Part shown: in pieces, positions 25,916 through 41,502 of the stretch
Layout of the letters: each line of letters opens with the position of its first letter
Numbering within the stretch: position 1 is the first letter of the stretch
Assembly (NCBI RefSeq): GCF_964204645.1
Contig: NC_134029.1
Span: forward strand, 9,698,850 to 9,762,849
DNA length: 64,000 nt
From: Tubulanus polymorphus
Lineage: Eukaryota; Animalia; Nemertea
Direction: 5' to 3'
Position numbers and translations under genes: made by a program
Notes under the pieces: model-generated
The model's database searches: none
Told to the model about the DNA's origin: nothing
What the model saw: the letters and a program-made list of their open reading frames with translations, nothing else

Positions 25916-28900
25916 GTAAGTATGGTCATTCAGTACGTATGTACATTTGATATCCATAATTTTAATTAGCGAATATTTTTCAGATGTAAATATTGTTTTT
26001 GTTTATTGGTCCATGTGCTAGGTAGGCCCACCGACATCCCCACCATTGGTTGACGAAACCACATGTTTTTTCTTTTATAGGTATACATGTAATCTTTGAT
26101 ATTAGATGTAACATACAAATTCTCAGAGATGCCGTACTTTCCCTATCAGTGTGGTATATGCGTGGATACCACTGAAACTCCTAGCCTCAATTTTGGGTAT
26201 GGGGAATTAAAGAAGCCATAATTTTGTAAATGTTGATGCCGGTAATGTAATGCCCATTGAGATAAAAGTATTGAAATGCTCTTGGTGATATATACAATAT
26301 GCAAATTTGGCCCATTTCTAGGTCACCAGAAGTCAAAAGGTCATAAAATTTGAATTTTGGCTGAAATCTAAGAAGGGTTCATTATACATCAGTTTGGTGG
26401 TAGTAAATGGTCTGAGAGATTTTACACTTGAAATTCATTTAGTTGAGTCACCTTAAGTAACCCTAGTATATCAGAGTATTTTGTATTATTTAGGACCAGC
26501 TGACCTTGAAAATAATTGTATCTTCAAAGAGAAGCAAAATTGCTTGGATGTGGTAGGGGAAATTAGAATGGCTCTAGTTCAGTGACCCTTGGTGCTATGA
26601 CATTTCACTGAATATTTGCAATGGTCTTAATCGTAAAAAATAAAATTTTCGAAGTAAAAGTGCTCAAATATTTTTTTATTGATATTGTTACAACTCTAGA
26701 TGTTGTTTGTGTTAACAGATTTCCAGATAGGTTAACAGATACTATTATAAAATATCGAAATATTCAAGTTAAGTCATTCAACTACCATATTTTTTCCCCT
26801 CTAATGAGTGTTTGCTGTGGCGGTTCTGCTAACAGATGCATTCAGTGATGTAAACTTTGATACTGGAATGTGATTGGACAGATTATCAAGCATAAACCTA
26901 ATAATTACCTAGTGGAATAATTAACCTGAAAGCTGGTTATTAGTCCTGAAAAAAGAATTTTGGGCATGTTTTGTTTTGTCTGGGTTGAAACAATTAACTG
27001 TACCCTTCTACATGGAAAGACACATGCATGCTGCTGGTAAAAATTGGTTACGTCTCGTCAAAGTCACTCCGGTCCTATGCGCATAAAATACTATTTGGAA
27101 ACATTTTGTTACTGTTCTTTAATGCAAAAAGAATTTTTCCCAAAAATGGTTATGTTACCTGGTTATACATATATCAATGCATAAACATCATAACTGAAGC
27201 TTCAAGGCCCAACGGCCTCTTGTTTTGAGATTTTAGAAAACCTTCTGAAAATCTTGGTGTTTTATATCCATTTTAGAGGGCTTCGGAGGGCAATAAATTT
27301 GATAAGAAGAGAAAGTACAGAATTGTTCATCTCAAATGAGCTGAGATTTAATATATACTCCATAATGTACATGTGGGTAAAAGGTAATTGTTGACACAAA
27401 ACTGATACCGACAAGGATTGCATCGATAAAGATCAGAAGTATGTCATCCCTGCATTGAATTGCAGCGCCTTTTTGAAAATATACATAAAATGCTTGTTCA
27501 GCAAAAAGTGGGGCCCCCGTTTAGTGACGCTGCCCAAGGTGGCTGTCGTATGATCTTTCTTGTGCCAAAAACAGTATCTTACTTCTGAATGCTTTGTTAT
27601 TTTCCATTGAAATTGTTGATGGGTATTTGTTTAGAAAAATCCCGATGGGCCTCTGGATCAGTCAATTTTTAGCGGCAGCTCCGTTGCAGGGGCTGTATAT
27701 TGCACTGGCTTTGCACTAAAATAAAATGCTATCAGCAAAATTTCGCTAAGCTGCTGTTAAAACAGCTGAGAGAAATTTAATTTCAAACGCATTATCATCT
27801 TTAACTAGCGGTCCTTTAAATCCTCCAACAAAAGTTTTGCCGCAAGTCGATAAGCTTGATTAATGAGCCGCGATTATGCAATTCTCAAAATTAGGTTTTT
27901 ATCATATAACATTTACATGTCAAACGTGTAAATGTAAATGTGATACATGTTGACGCACCTGTGATCAAAGAACACACATCTAACAGACACATCGGAAACA
28001 AACATTGGTTGTGTAGGCCCGACCATGATTATTGAAGGTAAAATAGCCCAGGTTCCACATGTGAATGTGAAAAAATTGTTGATTGAGGAAATATTTTGGC
28101 AGCCTATTTTCTCCGCATATGAACCTCTGTGAAGTGTGTTGGAGAAAGCCTCCGCCAAGAACGCGTCTGGGCTAAATATTTTTTAATACGCGCTGATTGG
28201 CTAAATAAACAAAATATGTTGAAATCTAAAAAGAGGCAATGAATCTTGATAATTGTTCAATTTATAACAATAAATTGTCTAACAAACTTCATTTTAATTC
28301 CATAAATGAAATCATTCAGCAGCGGTTTATGCTGTACGGAGCATGTCTATTTTTTAGTCATTGGGGAAAACCCACTTCCACTTTTATATTCATGATGAGT
28401 CATGCAGTTGCGTGTGATTATTACGTGTGTAAAAGGGGTGTACAATGCTGAGATCGTTTCATTTGACAGATTTTCATAAAGTTTACTTGGTTCAGATATT
28501 AAAGTTTACTTTCTTAAATATTAATGCACGGACCCCCTGAACATGATGTGTTTCCATCACTCTTTAAGGTAATTCCTATCTTTCTGAACGAAGTTTGTGC
28601 CCGGAAATTCTGCAAAAAAAGTCATGGAGAGGATCTTATAAAGACCTAAGTGGCAAATACAGACGGGAATACAAGCACGTGCTCCTGTCGCAATATATTT
28701 TCCCATGCCGTTTTGAAAATACAACAGCAATATTTTTCAGGGGACTTTTTCCACCGGCAACTAATAAGATGTCTCAGTACCTAGAAATTGTATAAAATTG
28801 CACTGGAATTTCATATTTCTAAACCCTTGTTTTGTCGGCATGGATACTTAACTTGCCCTTTTCAATGTCCGTGGATCTGTTCCTAGATATGCCCTTCTAG

Positions 28901-29250
28901 CATTTTTGAAATATGAAATTGATTGATGGACAGGTCATTTATAATTGAAGCTGCCACGTCAAGCCCCCATGGGGCTCTTGTTACGCAATAGGTGGCCATC
29001 TTAGTCCTATCAGTCCTCATTCGTCGATGAAAAAAAGGTTTTTTGATGAAGATAAACATGTATTTAACTTGTATTTTTAACTTACAGTATTGATATTTGG
29101 TTAATTGATTTTATCTAAATGAAAACAGAATTTGCCCGCCATCTGTGAAAGATTTTAGTATGAGAAACTGAGGTTCATATTTGAGCGGCCTTAGCTCTTC
29201 ATTCATTGCAAGGTTATGGTGGTGATTAAGCGCACATGCATTTTTTTCAG

Positions 29251-32200
29251 ATTGCCCTATGATTGTGAGTGGTAATATATTTGGAATAATTGATCCACAT
29301 CTCAAGTATTTCAAAGATAAATCAGGCAAACTGCTGTCAGGCTTTAAATGGACGTTGTCTACTGAAGATGTTCCAACAGGACTCCTGGCACCATTTATTG
29401 ATAAATTTGGCTTTAAAGGTGATACACTTAAGGGAACGATATTCCGCTTTCCGTTGCGTCAGAAGCCATCACCATTATCCGAAACAATTTACACAATGGA
29501 TAAAGTGAATTCGCTTTTACAAGGACTGACATACAACATGTACATGAAAGTGTTATTCCTCACAAATGTAAACCAGATCGAAATTTACAGACAGAACAAC
29601 GGTTTGCAGTATCGATCAGCTGTTGTCATTTGCACTGAAAAAGTAATTGAGAATTTTCGTTTTGATGGAGTAACTACTTGTCCAACACGAGAGAAATTCA
29701 AACAGGGCCTCAGTGATATGATGGAAATCAGTGGTGTTTGGGCTTGTGTCACAAGATTGAACATAGAAACTGAGAAATTCATTGATAAAGATCATTCGGA
29801 GAAAGAACAGCATTCATTTGTTATAAGCCATTTCTGTGATAAAACTGATATAAACCTCGAGAAACTTGCCAAAAAACAAGGCAATATGCCGTGGGTTAGT
29901 TGTGCACTAGACCTAAACAAAGAGAATTATCAACCAGATGGTCATGTTTTTGTATTTCTTCCTTTACCGATGGAAGGCAAAAGCCTAACAGGTTTACCAG
30001 TTCACGTCAATGGATGCTACGCTGTCAGTCAGAATCGGCGCCATCTTAAATGGCCATCCGATGAACAACTACAAAATGCTTCTAGCAGCAAGGATGCGAA
30101 GGATCTAGAATGGAATGTCCGAATTCTATCGGAATTGTTACCAATAGCATATCTAAATGCTCTGAAAGTATGTGGATCAATAGGAAGCATCTGTAAATAC
30201 CTGCCAAATCCCAAAGATGTTGATGAAAAATGGAAGAGACTGATCCTTGAACCTTTCTTCTCCAAACTTCTGAATCAGGAGCTCTTCCAAACAACTGTTA
30301 GAAATGAGAAAGGGGTGGTCCCTTTGATGGATGCTTGCTTATTGGTGCAGGAGAAAAATGACACTGATGAAATGATGACAATTGTATCAAATGTTCTAAC
30401 TTCAGCTGATTATAGTGTTGTCCATGTTCCTGAATATGTTGAAATGGCAGTTAGGATTTACACGGGTCATCATTTATTGGTTGTTACACCGGATGTTGTA
30501 CGGCAGGCAATGAAAAAAGAGACATTGTCATACCAAAACCGATCCGACGCTGAAAAGGGACAATTATTAGAATACATTCTACGTGACAGTTGCTTTTCTG
30601 AGTTAAAAGGAATAGCATTACTCCCTTTAGAAAATGGAGAATACACAGAGTTTCAAACGCCAAAACTGAAAAATATTATATATGCTGAAGACAAGGATAA
30701 TCCCCTGTGTTTGTTGCCTGGAATAACTGATTGTTTCCTTCGAAAATGTATCCCTGAGAATATGAAAATTAAATTGGTAGATGCTGGAAAACAGGGCCAC
30801 ATCCAATTAAGGGGGTTAAATTCAGATGGCGTTGTTGACTTACTACCACGTGTCCTTTACTGGAATAATGATCATTGCTCGAAAGATGAATTACTTGTAT
30901 GCGGACACAAGACTCAGATCACTTGTGAATGGTACACAAACATATGGTGCTATATTGTTGAAAAGATGCATGGAGAAATATCAAGAATATCTCATTTGCA
31001 CTTGATTATGGTTGAGATAAATGCTGATACCCATGAGTGGAAATTAGGATGCTTGAAAACCAAAAATTCCTATGTTATTCAACATCACTCGACAGCACAG
31101 CAGCTGTCAACGAATATTTGCAGTGTACTGAAAGCTATTGGAATGATTGTCATTCCGGAACTGATGGATGAGATCCTTCGATGTCCAGATATTTTAGAGA
31201 GTGGAGATTATTTGTACAAACCTACTGCTGATGGTATTGTTCAAGCAATTTACAAGCTCTACAAAACAGATACGTTTTTCATGACAAACGTGACCGATTT
31301 GCCTAGAAATGTTGATACTGACAGCCTCAATGCATTACGTACATTCATTGCAGCAGGTGACTTGTCAGCTACTCCCAAAAAGAAATTGAAATGCTTGCAG
31401 TTCATTCCAATTTTTAATCAAGTTGGGAACAGTTCTGAATGGATTGCATTCCGTGGTGCTGATAAGGTGTTGATTAGTTGCAATCTGCCAGTTGATTTGC
31501 CAAACATAAAACATGCCATAGATGCCCGTGATAAAGACTCGGCAACTGTTGTTAGTCTATTTTCTGGTGACATACTTCATGAATGTGAGATCCTGGTAAG
31601 ATTCATTTTCCCTGATATCCACAATGGTAAGATGGAACAAAATGAAGTCAATAAACTAATGGAATACATTCTTCAACACAAACATAAGTATGCTTCTGAA
31701 AATACAGAGTTCATCGAATATCTGAAACAGCTACCATTCATAAGGACATCTAGTGGTAATTTCTGTGTATCTGAATTGTTCGACTTCTCGGATAGTTGTC
31801 TTATCTCGGTCTTCGAGGAAAATCAGTTTCCACCTCGTGAGAGATGGCAGAAACATTGCGGTGAACTCAGAGAGATTGGATTGAAAGGGCGCAAAGACGT
31901 AAAAATGAGTGATATCGTGCAAGCAGTAAAGAATCTTGTAGTGCGTAAGAACCCTCAAACGGCCTTCAATCATATAAATGAGCTCTTGCAATTACAGAAG
32001 AAAGAGAGTATGACTCGGAATGATTATGCTACCTTAAGAGAAATGGCTTGGCTTCTTCCCCTAGGTAGACCAACTAGCTATCCAGACAGCCTCAAATGGA
32101 AAAATGATACCACAAATAAGTTTATTAAACCGTCTGAAGCAATGAATAGCAAATGTGCTAATGCTGTGGGTGGTGTAATCAATGTAGTTGACATTGACAA

Positions 32201-35200
32201 ACATGTTGCATCACTGTTCAATGTTGCAGATAGTCCCACGCTACCACAGCTTGTATCCCAGTTAAAAGAAGTCTCAAAGTCATACACTACTCGAGAGAAA
32301 AGACAATATCTTGTTCTTGTTCATAGAATCTATGAAGAATTCCAAAGATACGAATGTGAAACCCTGAAAAGGGAACTTCAAAAGCAGAATATTGAAGATT
32401 GGATCTGGCATGGTGATGGGTTCATTGCTCTCCACCGCGTAAGCATCATTGAACCAGACATCTTTGTAAGACCATATTTTCATCATTTACCACCAGAGAT
32501 GTTGCAATATAAGACATGGTGGATAGCTCTGGGTATTGCTGAAAGAATCAACTATTGCAGTGTCTTGCACCAAATTAAACAGTATCTTGACAGTGATCAG
32601 GGAAAACTTGTAGACACTTGTGATCGTGATCTTAATATGGTCATAAACATATTGAACCATTACTATACTGCTAAGGTTGACATTCGCAATGAGGCCATTT
32701 TTCTACCAGTACTGATAAATGAGAAAGTACGCCTGGTTCCGCCAGAGAAATCTACGATATGCACTTCTGTACTTGAACAAATGAATATGAACAATGAAGT
32801 AGGTGAAGAAGTCAAATTTGTTCATCCTCACCTTAGTGAAAAAGTTGCAGAAAGTCTTGGTGCATATCCAATGATGAAACGTTTGGTAAATGATGCTGAT
32901 GATTTTGGTTCTGAAGGATGGGGTCAACAAGAGACACTTGTGAGGCGGCTTAAGAATATTATTAGTGATTATACGGATGGATTTGCATTGCCAAAAGAAT
33001 TGATTCAGAATGCTGATGATGCAGGTGCCACTGAAGTGAAGTTCTTATGGGATGAACGTGAGAATGAGCAATATATGACCAAACTACTTCATGAAGAAAT
33101 GAGACATTGCCAAGGGCCGGCTTTGTGGGCCTATAATAATGCAGTCTTTACCAAACATGATTTGCTCAATATAAAAAAGTTAGGGGGAGCAACAAAAGAA
33201 AGTGACCCAGTAAAGATTGGGCGATTTGGACTGGGATTCAATTCTGTTTACAATCTGACTGATGTGCCAAGTTTCATATCTGAAGAAAATCTGGTGATAT
33301 TTGACCCTCACTCAACGTATCTGAATATTCAAGGACAACCTGGAATACTTATAGATCTGAAGAAGAATCCTATGATATTCCATCGAGCACCAGACCAGAT
33401 TGCCCCATTTCAATGTGTGTTTGGTTGTGAACTATCCATGGAAAATTGTAAATTCAATGGTACGCTATTTCGACTTCCACTCAGAACTCAATATCAAGCT
33501 TCAAAAAGTGAAATATGTGAAGTAGTGTACAAGAGACAGAGAATGGAGGAGCTGTTGAAAGTGATGAGAGATGGGGCGAATATCACATTGTTGTTTACGC
33601 AGCATGTGAAAAAAGTGAGCGTATACCACCTCAAAGAAGACTCTACATGTCCATCTGAAATGGTAGAATTGTTTTCAGCTGAAAAGTCATTTGTTTTAGA
33701 AGAAAAACCTCTTCGTCATCGAATTTCAGTGAATTCTTCAGAAACTGATGATAAATTGCTGAAAGCAAGTATGGTGAATGCTGCAGCAAAACTATGTTGT
33801 GATGCTGAACAATCTTTCGAGGCAGGATATATATTGGAAATGGCATTGAAGATAAAAGAAAATTGCTCAAAAGAAAAGTGGCTTATCACCTCGTACAGCA
33901 GCAATAAACAGACTACACTTACTCGCGCTAAAGAATTGAAGACCCTTCCCCTTGGAATGGTAGCTATTCAACTTATTGATTTTTTCATCCCAACACCAAT
34001 TAAAGGGTATACATTCTGTCATTTGCCACTTCCAATCAATTCTGGATTGCCATTTCATATAAATGGATGCTTTGCAGTTGCTTCAAACCGTAAATCTTTA
34101 GAAATTATGACACAAGATGATATTGCGAATAGACGTGCTGATTGGAATAATGAACTGCTTGCTGATTCAGTTCTTCAGGCATTTCTTTATGGACTTGAAG
34201 TGCTCAAGAGAAATAATGCATATGAGAGTATACTCACATTGTTCCCAGTTAGAGAGAAGATTGCAGACACATCACAAAGACTATGTGGTGCATTCTATGC
34301 ACACATTACAAGTTCATCCAGTCTAGTTTTCTATGATGGCGAAAAATGGCGTACATTTAATGAAGTTCAGTTCTTATCAGAGGAATTACTTGATTGTGAG
34401 TTAGTGGATGATGTCACCAATGTCCTCAATTCATATTTATCAGGAAGGGACCAAGTCATCATCAAGTTGCCGGTGAACATAATTGCAGAGATGTCACTGA
34501 CAAACGAGAAAATAGAAAAGAAGGTACTTGAGAAGACCTGGACAATTCTCTCGTTTATGAAATTACTTTTACCTAATGTGTTAAAAATCAAGCCTGCTGC
34601 GCGTTATCGTTTGTTGAGATATGGATTGAGATTGATTGAAACAGATCCAAAGGTAAAAGAACTATTATCAAGTACAGAATGTTTCCCTGTTAATGGTTCA
34701 TCGATATTACGTAAACCGGCTGATCTTGTTGATCCCCGGGGTAAATGTGGAATGTTATATGATGAGGATGATGAACGATTTCCTCATGATGAGTTCAAAG
34801 AGGATGTATCTAGACGAGCACTCCTACATTTGAAAATGATTGGGGACATACTTCCCACAAACAATGTTATTGATCGAGCCAAGTCAATCAAACGTCTTGA
34901 TTTTGAATATGGAAAGAGAAGAATGAATTCCTTTCTTAATCACTTGCAAACCATCATTCCTTCCGGACAGTTACCTAAGGCTTGGTGCAATGTTAAGAAG
35001 AAACTCATCCATATCGAATTTCTTCTTGTAAAAGACCGTCCAGCTAATTGGAATGAATTGCCTTGGAAAGGAGATGAACTTCGATCAGTATTTAAGAAGC
35101 CGGCAGCAATTTATTCTTACAAGCATCTTGATCTCATTGGAAGCATTCACCCTGTAACATGTTCTGCTTTACCAAACAGAGTGACGCATTTTCTTGAAGT

Positions 35201-38200
35201 TGATGAAAAAACACCGTCAATCGTAGATGTTTTTCAACAACTAGAACATTATCAACAGCTGCAAGGAATATCACCTGAAAATGAAAAAAGAATCAAAAAC
35301 CTGTATCAATTTCTGAACAAAAAGGCAACTGGCAATGAAAAAATTCTACGAAAATACCTAACGCATGTTCTCGTTGATTACAAATTCATGCCTATTGTAC
35401 ATTTGGCCTTGAACTTTCGGATGTCAACGTGTTTACCATATTTGGCCAGGGTTCCCTGCTATTTCAGAGATCATAACCATCTTTTAGTGATATGCAATAT
35501 ACGTCCAAGGTTTACATGTGAGGATTACATAGAAGCTTTGGCTCGAATGAAGTCCGCCGGGGAAACAAATATCCAAGATATTCTGGAACTTATCAACTCA
35601 TTATGCTTTTGCATGAAATCTGAAAATAAGTATGCCACTGATTCCGAAAGCAAGTACATCTACCTGGTCGATGCAACAAATAAATGGAAATCTGCAAAGG
35701 ACCTTTCATTCAATATCACGCCTTGGTTTGATGCCACTGCAGGCCAGAACTTTGCTCATCCAAAGATCACATTCCATGATGCAAAACGACTCGGTGTGAT
35801 GACAAGTGTCGAATGCTATTTAGAGAGTAATTCAAAAGACCTTTTTGGTGGCATTTCCTTTGGACAAAAGGAAAAATTGACTACTCGACTCAAAAGGTTG
35901 ATCAAGGGTTACCCCCAGGAAACGATAATTAATGAACTTTTACAAAATGCAGATGATGCCGGAGCTACAGAGATTCATCTCATCCTTGATACCAACACAT
36001 ATGCAGCAGAAAGAGTCATCGGGGAACAGTATCGAGACTTACAAGGCCCTGCACTTCTTGTTTACAACAACAGACCCTTTAGTGAAGGAGATCTGAAAGG
36101 TATTCAAAATCTTGGAGAGGGTTCTAAAGGAGTTGACCCCACTACTACTGGTCGATATGGTGTAGGCTTCAACTGTGTATACAGTTTAACAGATACACCC
36201 CAAATTCTGAGTGACGTAGATAAAATTGGTAAGGTACTCTGTATCTTTGATCCCAATTGCAAATATGTTCCTTTAGCAAATGAATCATCTCCGGGGAAAA
36301 GGTATCCCGTTACTGACAAGTTCAGCTCACAATTTCCTGATTTATTCGAACCATTCAATTTGACATATCTTCCGATAGAGGGAAACACTATCTTTCGATT
36401 CCCCTTACGGACAGCCAACATGGCTTTGAAGTCAGATATATGTAGTGAAGCAATGACACCTGCACATATCCAGGGATTGCTGTCATCATTTGCGGCTGAA
36501 TCAAAAAATGCAATGTTGTTTTTGAAATCCATCAAAAGGATCAGCATAAGCTTAAAAACCGAAATGAAGCAGGCACTTCTCCTTCATAGTATTTCATCAG
36601 AGATATCTGAATCTCATAGAAAAGGAATAAGCGCCTTGAATATTGAAACTAAGAAGATGTCCGAATGTATTTATAAAATTGGTGACACAACTGCAATTTA
36701 CTGCCAATTTTATGAAATACATGAAGTCCAGCTTGTAGATAATGAAGGTAAAGCTGAAACATGGATGGTGAGTCAGGTCATTGGAACAGGGACCAAATCA
36801 TTTGAAGAATGTGTTCAATTCGCAGTCAATGAAAAGAAGCTTCGTTTACTGCCTTGCGCTGGTGTAGCATGTCGAATTGATTTCAATCAATCTGCAATGA
36901 ATACTGGGCGGATGTATTGTTTTCTCCCACTCCCTGTAAAAATTCCGATGCCATTCCATATCAATGGGCATTTTGCACTTGACGAAACAAGACGAGCCCT
37001 GTGGAGTGATATGAATGTTAGTTACCGTACTGTCTGGAATAATCTAATTATGCATCATGTTGCTCCAGTGGCTCATTGTTTATTGGTTGAGCATATGCAG
37101 AAAATGATTGTTAATAATGAAACGTATAATGAACAACTGTTATGTACAATGATTCCAGAAAAAGATGAGAGTGATGCATATTTACACACTTTTATTAAGT
37201 CTCTGTATGGACAGTTTAAGCAAAGAAACTCGAAAATCTTTATTACACATGATAGCCGCTGGTTCTCTGTATCAGATTTGGTTAACAGTAGAGCTTTCTT
37301 TGATGATTTGGAAGGTAGTATAATTCAACGTGCATTGATTGCAGTGGAGTTCCCATTGATAAAGCTGCCATCATTGAGGCATCGGGAGTTATTGATTGAT
37401 TTGGGTTATCAAGTGAAAACGGTAACTCCTCAATTTGTGTTGGAATTCTTCCGCTCTTATCGTCCGTCTACAACTAAACTGAGTGAGACTCCACTTGAAA
37501 AAGAAATCAATGTGATAAGTATCCTACAATATTGTTTAGGACTTGGCGAATCATTTGTAGCACAACTTGATGGTGTCTGTCTATGTGTGACCACTGGAGG
37601 TCATCTCATACCGTTCGAATCAGGGAAACCGATTTTCTATTCTGATTATTGTGATTTACTTCCATCAACTGAATGCTTGTTCCTGAGCACACGGGTTCGT
37701 GATTTCCTTTGTAAATATATTGACCTACATTGCTGTCCAGTGGTGAAACCGTTCACACTTGATGAATTAGCAAAGCTAATCCATATGGTACTGCCACAGT
37801 CACAGTATAAAAATGCTGTCATTCCTGTTGAACATTTCATCGAAGAGAAATGGCTGAAACGTCTGTGGGAATTTGTTACCGAACAAATAAGCGTCATTGT
37901 TGCAGATTTAGACAGGCCTTTTGATGAACAATGCCAAAAGGTTATTGGTAGAGTCAACTGCTTGAGTGATTGGAGCCTACTGCCAGTAATTACACAATCT
38001 GGAAAGGCACTGTATCCAATAAAATGGGCAGAACATGTGCTCAACCTACATCGATCTGATTCATACCCAGTAAAGAAGCTCATTGAACAATTTAGACTCC
38101 CAACATTGAATGAGAGTTTCTTTGGAAAGGTGAAAGTTCACGCACAGACATCAGTGTTCACAATTCTAGATAAAATGACTTGTTCGTTGATGTACCCAGG

Positions 38201-41200
38201 GCATGTGCTCGCTGCACTTACATGGCATTTAGATGCTAACGCCGGAATTGAAAGATTTGCACATACAGCAATTGCATCGTGGAGTTATAGCCAATTCCAA
38301 ACAATGCTGCAATATTTTGCATCGTTTTTTGCTTCAGGAAAAGCCAGTACAAAAGATGCAGCTTGTATTGGTAGACTTCCCATCCATGAGACTGGGCAGG
38401 GAAATCGTGTCCAGCTGCAAGCATCAGGTGTTTATGTCATACCAAGAGGTATGCCTTATGATGGGATGTTAGATTCAAAAGCATTTGCAAACTTTCTGAA
38501 AGAAAACATAGATATGGCGGTTAATGAGATGTACAGAATCATCGGTTGTGTAGTCCAAACTGATGTCGAATTGTACGTTACATTTATATTGCCTGTGGGT
38601 TTTGAAAGATATAACAGAGAGGAACGAAAAGCACATCTTTGTTATCTTAGAGACCATTATATTTGTAATAAACCAAGTGCATCCCTGAATTACGTATTGA
38701 TAGGCAGTCGTGAAATGCCGAAGTACCAGTTTTTTCAAGAGGTTGAAATTCTAATAAATGCTCTGTCCAAAATCAGATTCTTGCCAAATCGGAATGGCGA
38801 GGAACGTACCGCGAGCGAACTCTATCATCCAGAAATTCCAGTTTTCAGAGTGATGCATACAAATGATGACTTGCTCCATGAATCATTTGTCCAACACGAA
38901 TGGATATCTTTTGTAAAGAAAATTGGTCTGAGATGTAGTGTGTCGCAAGAAGAACTACTGACTTATGCTAAAACTATTGAATGTCATGGTCGAACAGTCC
39001 TCTTGGTTGCTGGGCCTGGTCATCTGTACAAGGAAGACATAGATAGTAGATATTCTGTTAAGGATAAAGCAAAGGCTATAGTTGAAAATATTTTTGCCAG
39101 GGATGATCTATCAGAGCAAACCATAGATGAACTGAAAGAAATCAAGTTTATTCCGATCAATTATGGAATAATGTGGAAGCTTTGCCCTCAAACTGACCCA
39201 AAAAGTTTGATATCATTCTCAGGATCAGTAGCTTATATCAATATGCCATTATGTTGGTCCTGTATGAATGTTCTTCCAGTTTGGGCGACGCCAAAAAATA
39301 CAATGTCAACAACTCTTGGTGTGCACAAAAACCCTCCGCAATCCATGATATTAGCTCACTGTAAAAACATGTGTCAGCACTTAGCCGATGGTAATAAACA
39401 TGAGGTCTGCTCTAGATATTCCAAAGAATTAGAGAGAATAATGATGGACATTTATTGTCACCTCGAAGGTTATGAAAACCTGGAACAATTGAAACATGTG
39501 CAATGTGTCTTCATGGGTGGTGATAGTAATTACTTTGTTTATCCCAGGCAAGTGGTCATAAATATTTCGGAAAAAGACCAAATCATTCCATACCTTCTTC
39601 GAAGACCCGTATATTGCGCGTCGTTTGAATCATTGTTGAAGAAAATTGGAGTAAGTGAGGACGTAACGATGCTGCATTACGCAAATGTATTGACCGATAT
39701 AGAAACGTTATATGGTGATAAGGTGTTGAATGATAACGATTTTAACAGAGCAATTAAGGCATCGGTGCAATTTTATGAATTAATTCATGTAGAATATAAT
39801 TACGAAAATAGAACTGATAACACAAAAAATGATTATACTCTCCTCATAAATGGTGCGACTTTGCGAAAATCTTCTCAAATCTACTACATCGATGGTCCTC
39901 GATATAGAAGACGAATGGAAGAAGTAAAAGAAAACATGCTTTTGGATAAGTACCGCAATAACAATCGCAGAGAGATAATCATACACGAATTGGACACAAC
40001 TATGCTGGCTAGAATATCATACCTTCAACCCATATCAACCCTTCTCATTGAGGAACTGTCTGAAAGATCTCATGAAAACATGTACCCTGCTAGAAGGCAG
40101 CCTTTTATTTCCATTCAACAGAAAATGTTAGACCCTAACTTCCATGAAGCGATTTACCAGGTGATACGTCATTTAACGGAGCCGCAGCAAGCCACATGCA
40201 TTACGTTGGATGAGATTTCAATGTACTACCAACAAATAAGTATATTCGAATGTCAGCCATTAGAAACAGTTCTAAAATGTAGAGGGAAAATAATTAGCAA
40301 TAGCGAAGATAGAGTTGACAGTTTTAGATCAGTCGATTCTCAAGCTGCTGGTCCTATTAATATGTACTTCACTCCTATGGAAGATGATCAATCGTATGTT
40401 ACAATATGCATGAAGATGAAGAAAATAGCGAACATGTTCTCGAATCATTTTGCAACTAAATACATTGGCGTAAAGATGCTTGACAGATTTCATGGTTGCT
40501 TGTTTGAAATTGTTTTTGCTGGACCAGAGACTAGTCTAGTGGGGATATTCAATAGATGGAATATAGACATAGACGATCAGTTTGATAATGTTGATACCCT
40601 GCCATCTGCTGGCAGTTTTATTCCTCTAGCCAATCATCATTTACTTTCAAACCGATTCGCTTTGTTTCACGCTGATGATTATGTCGGTTACAAGACACAT
40701 GATGATATTCTCGTCAATGAGAACAGTGACTCCGGTGCGGTCTACATATATGGAAAAATCATTCGACGAGTAGGTGATGAAGAAAGCGTGTCTTCTGGTG
40801 AAGTTTCTCGAAGCTTTCATCATTGCTATAAAGTTAATCTCGGTGACCGAATAGCTGAGATATATGGATATGAGTTATACAAGTTTCTGCGATATGATGA
40901 TGAAGAAAAATACCTTGTCGACCCTGATGAACTAGAGATGTCACCAATAGATGCAGAGAAAGAAATCGACCAGCTGTTGAAGACAGCGTGGACATTGGAT
41001 CATTCCCAGCGAAATAAGATTATATTGCGACTTGTAGCTTATTACAGCAATGACGAGACAATTCTAGGTTACGTTAAAAATCAAAATCAGCTGGAAGAGG
41101 AAAATTACGAGCATCGAGTTTGTGACGAAGAATCTGGGAGCAATTATATTGACTACAAAAACTTAGACATTGATTTAGCAACCTCGTTTTTGCGGGTTCG

Positions 41201-41426
41201 GCAAGATCAGCATCGCAACGATAGAAAACGTAACTTAAGAGATCTCCAAGATAACTCCACGCGGAGAGGTCGACGTACATTCGTTCCATGTATGATCATC
41301 ACTGGGCGAAATCCACAACCTGCAGAAGCTCGTAAGTGGCTGAAACAGGCTGAAATAACTCTAAAAACAGTTCCCAATGATGTTTCAGGTGGATTCCACT
41401 TCATGACAATTTATAAGTGTCATTTG
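29251..41426 (+). CDS. Sacsin-like gene, giant exon 5 (12,176 bp): rest of repeat 1, repeats 2 and 3, degenerate J-domain, first part of HEPN
   Basis: tttttttcag| acceptor restores FHIT-D-CPMIVSG. The 4058-aa ORF has ELIQNADDAGA/GRFGLGFNSVY (repeat 2, from ~32920), ELLQNADDAGA/GRYGVGFNCVY (repeat 3, from ~35860), three LPLP..(G)LP.H.NG motifs and NPQPAEARKWLKQA. It ends at the CATTTG|gtgagt donor. Confidence 0.96.
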
Positions 41427-41502
41427 GTGAGTTGATACTGATTATTGTACTAGGTGTAATCACATGACAACTTACTAATGGAATAAGATTTCTAATTTTC
41501 AG

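Noticed and set aside
29290-41404. Many short antisense or out-of-frame ORFs overlapping the sacsin exon
   Set aside because: Shadow ORFs of a long coding exon with no recognisable motifs.
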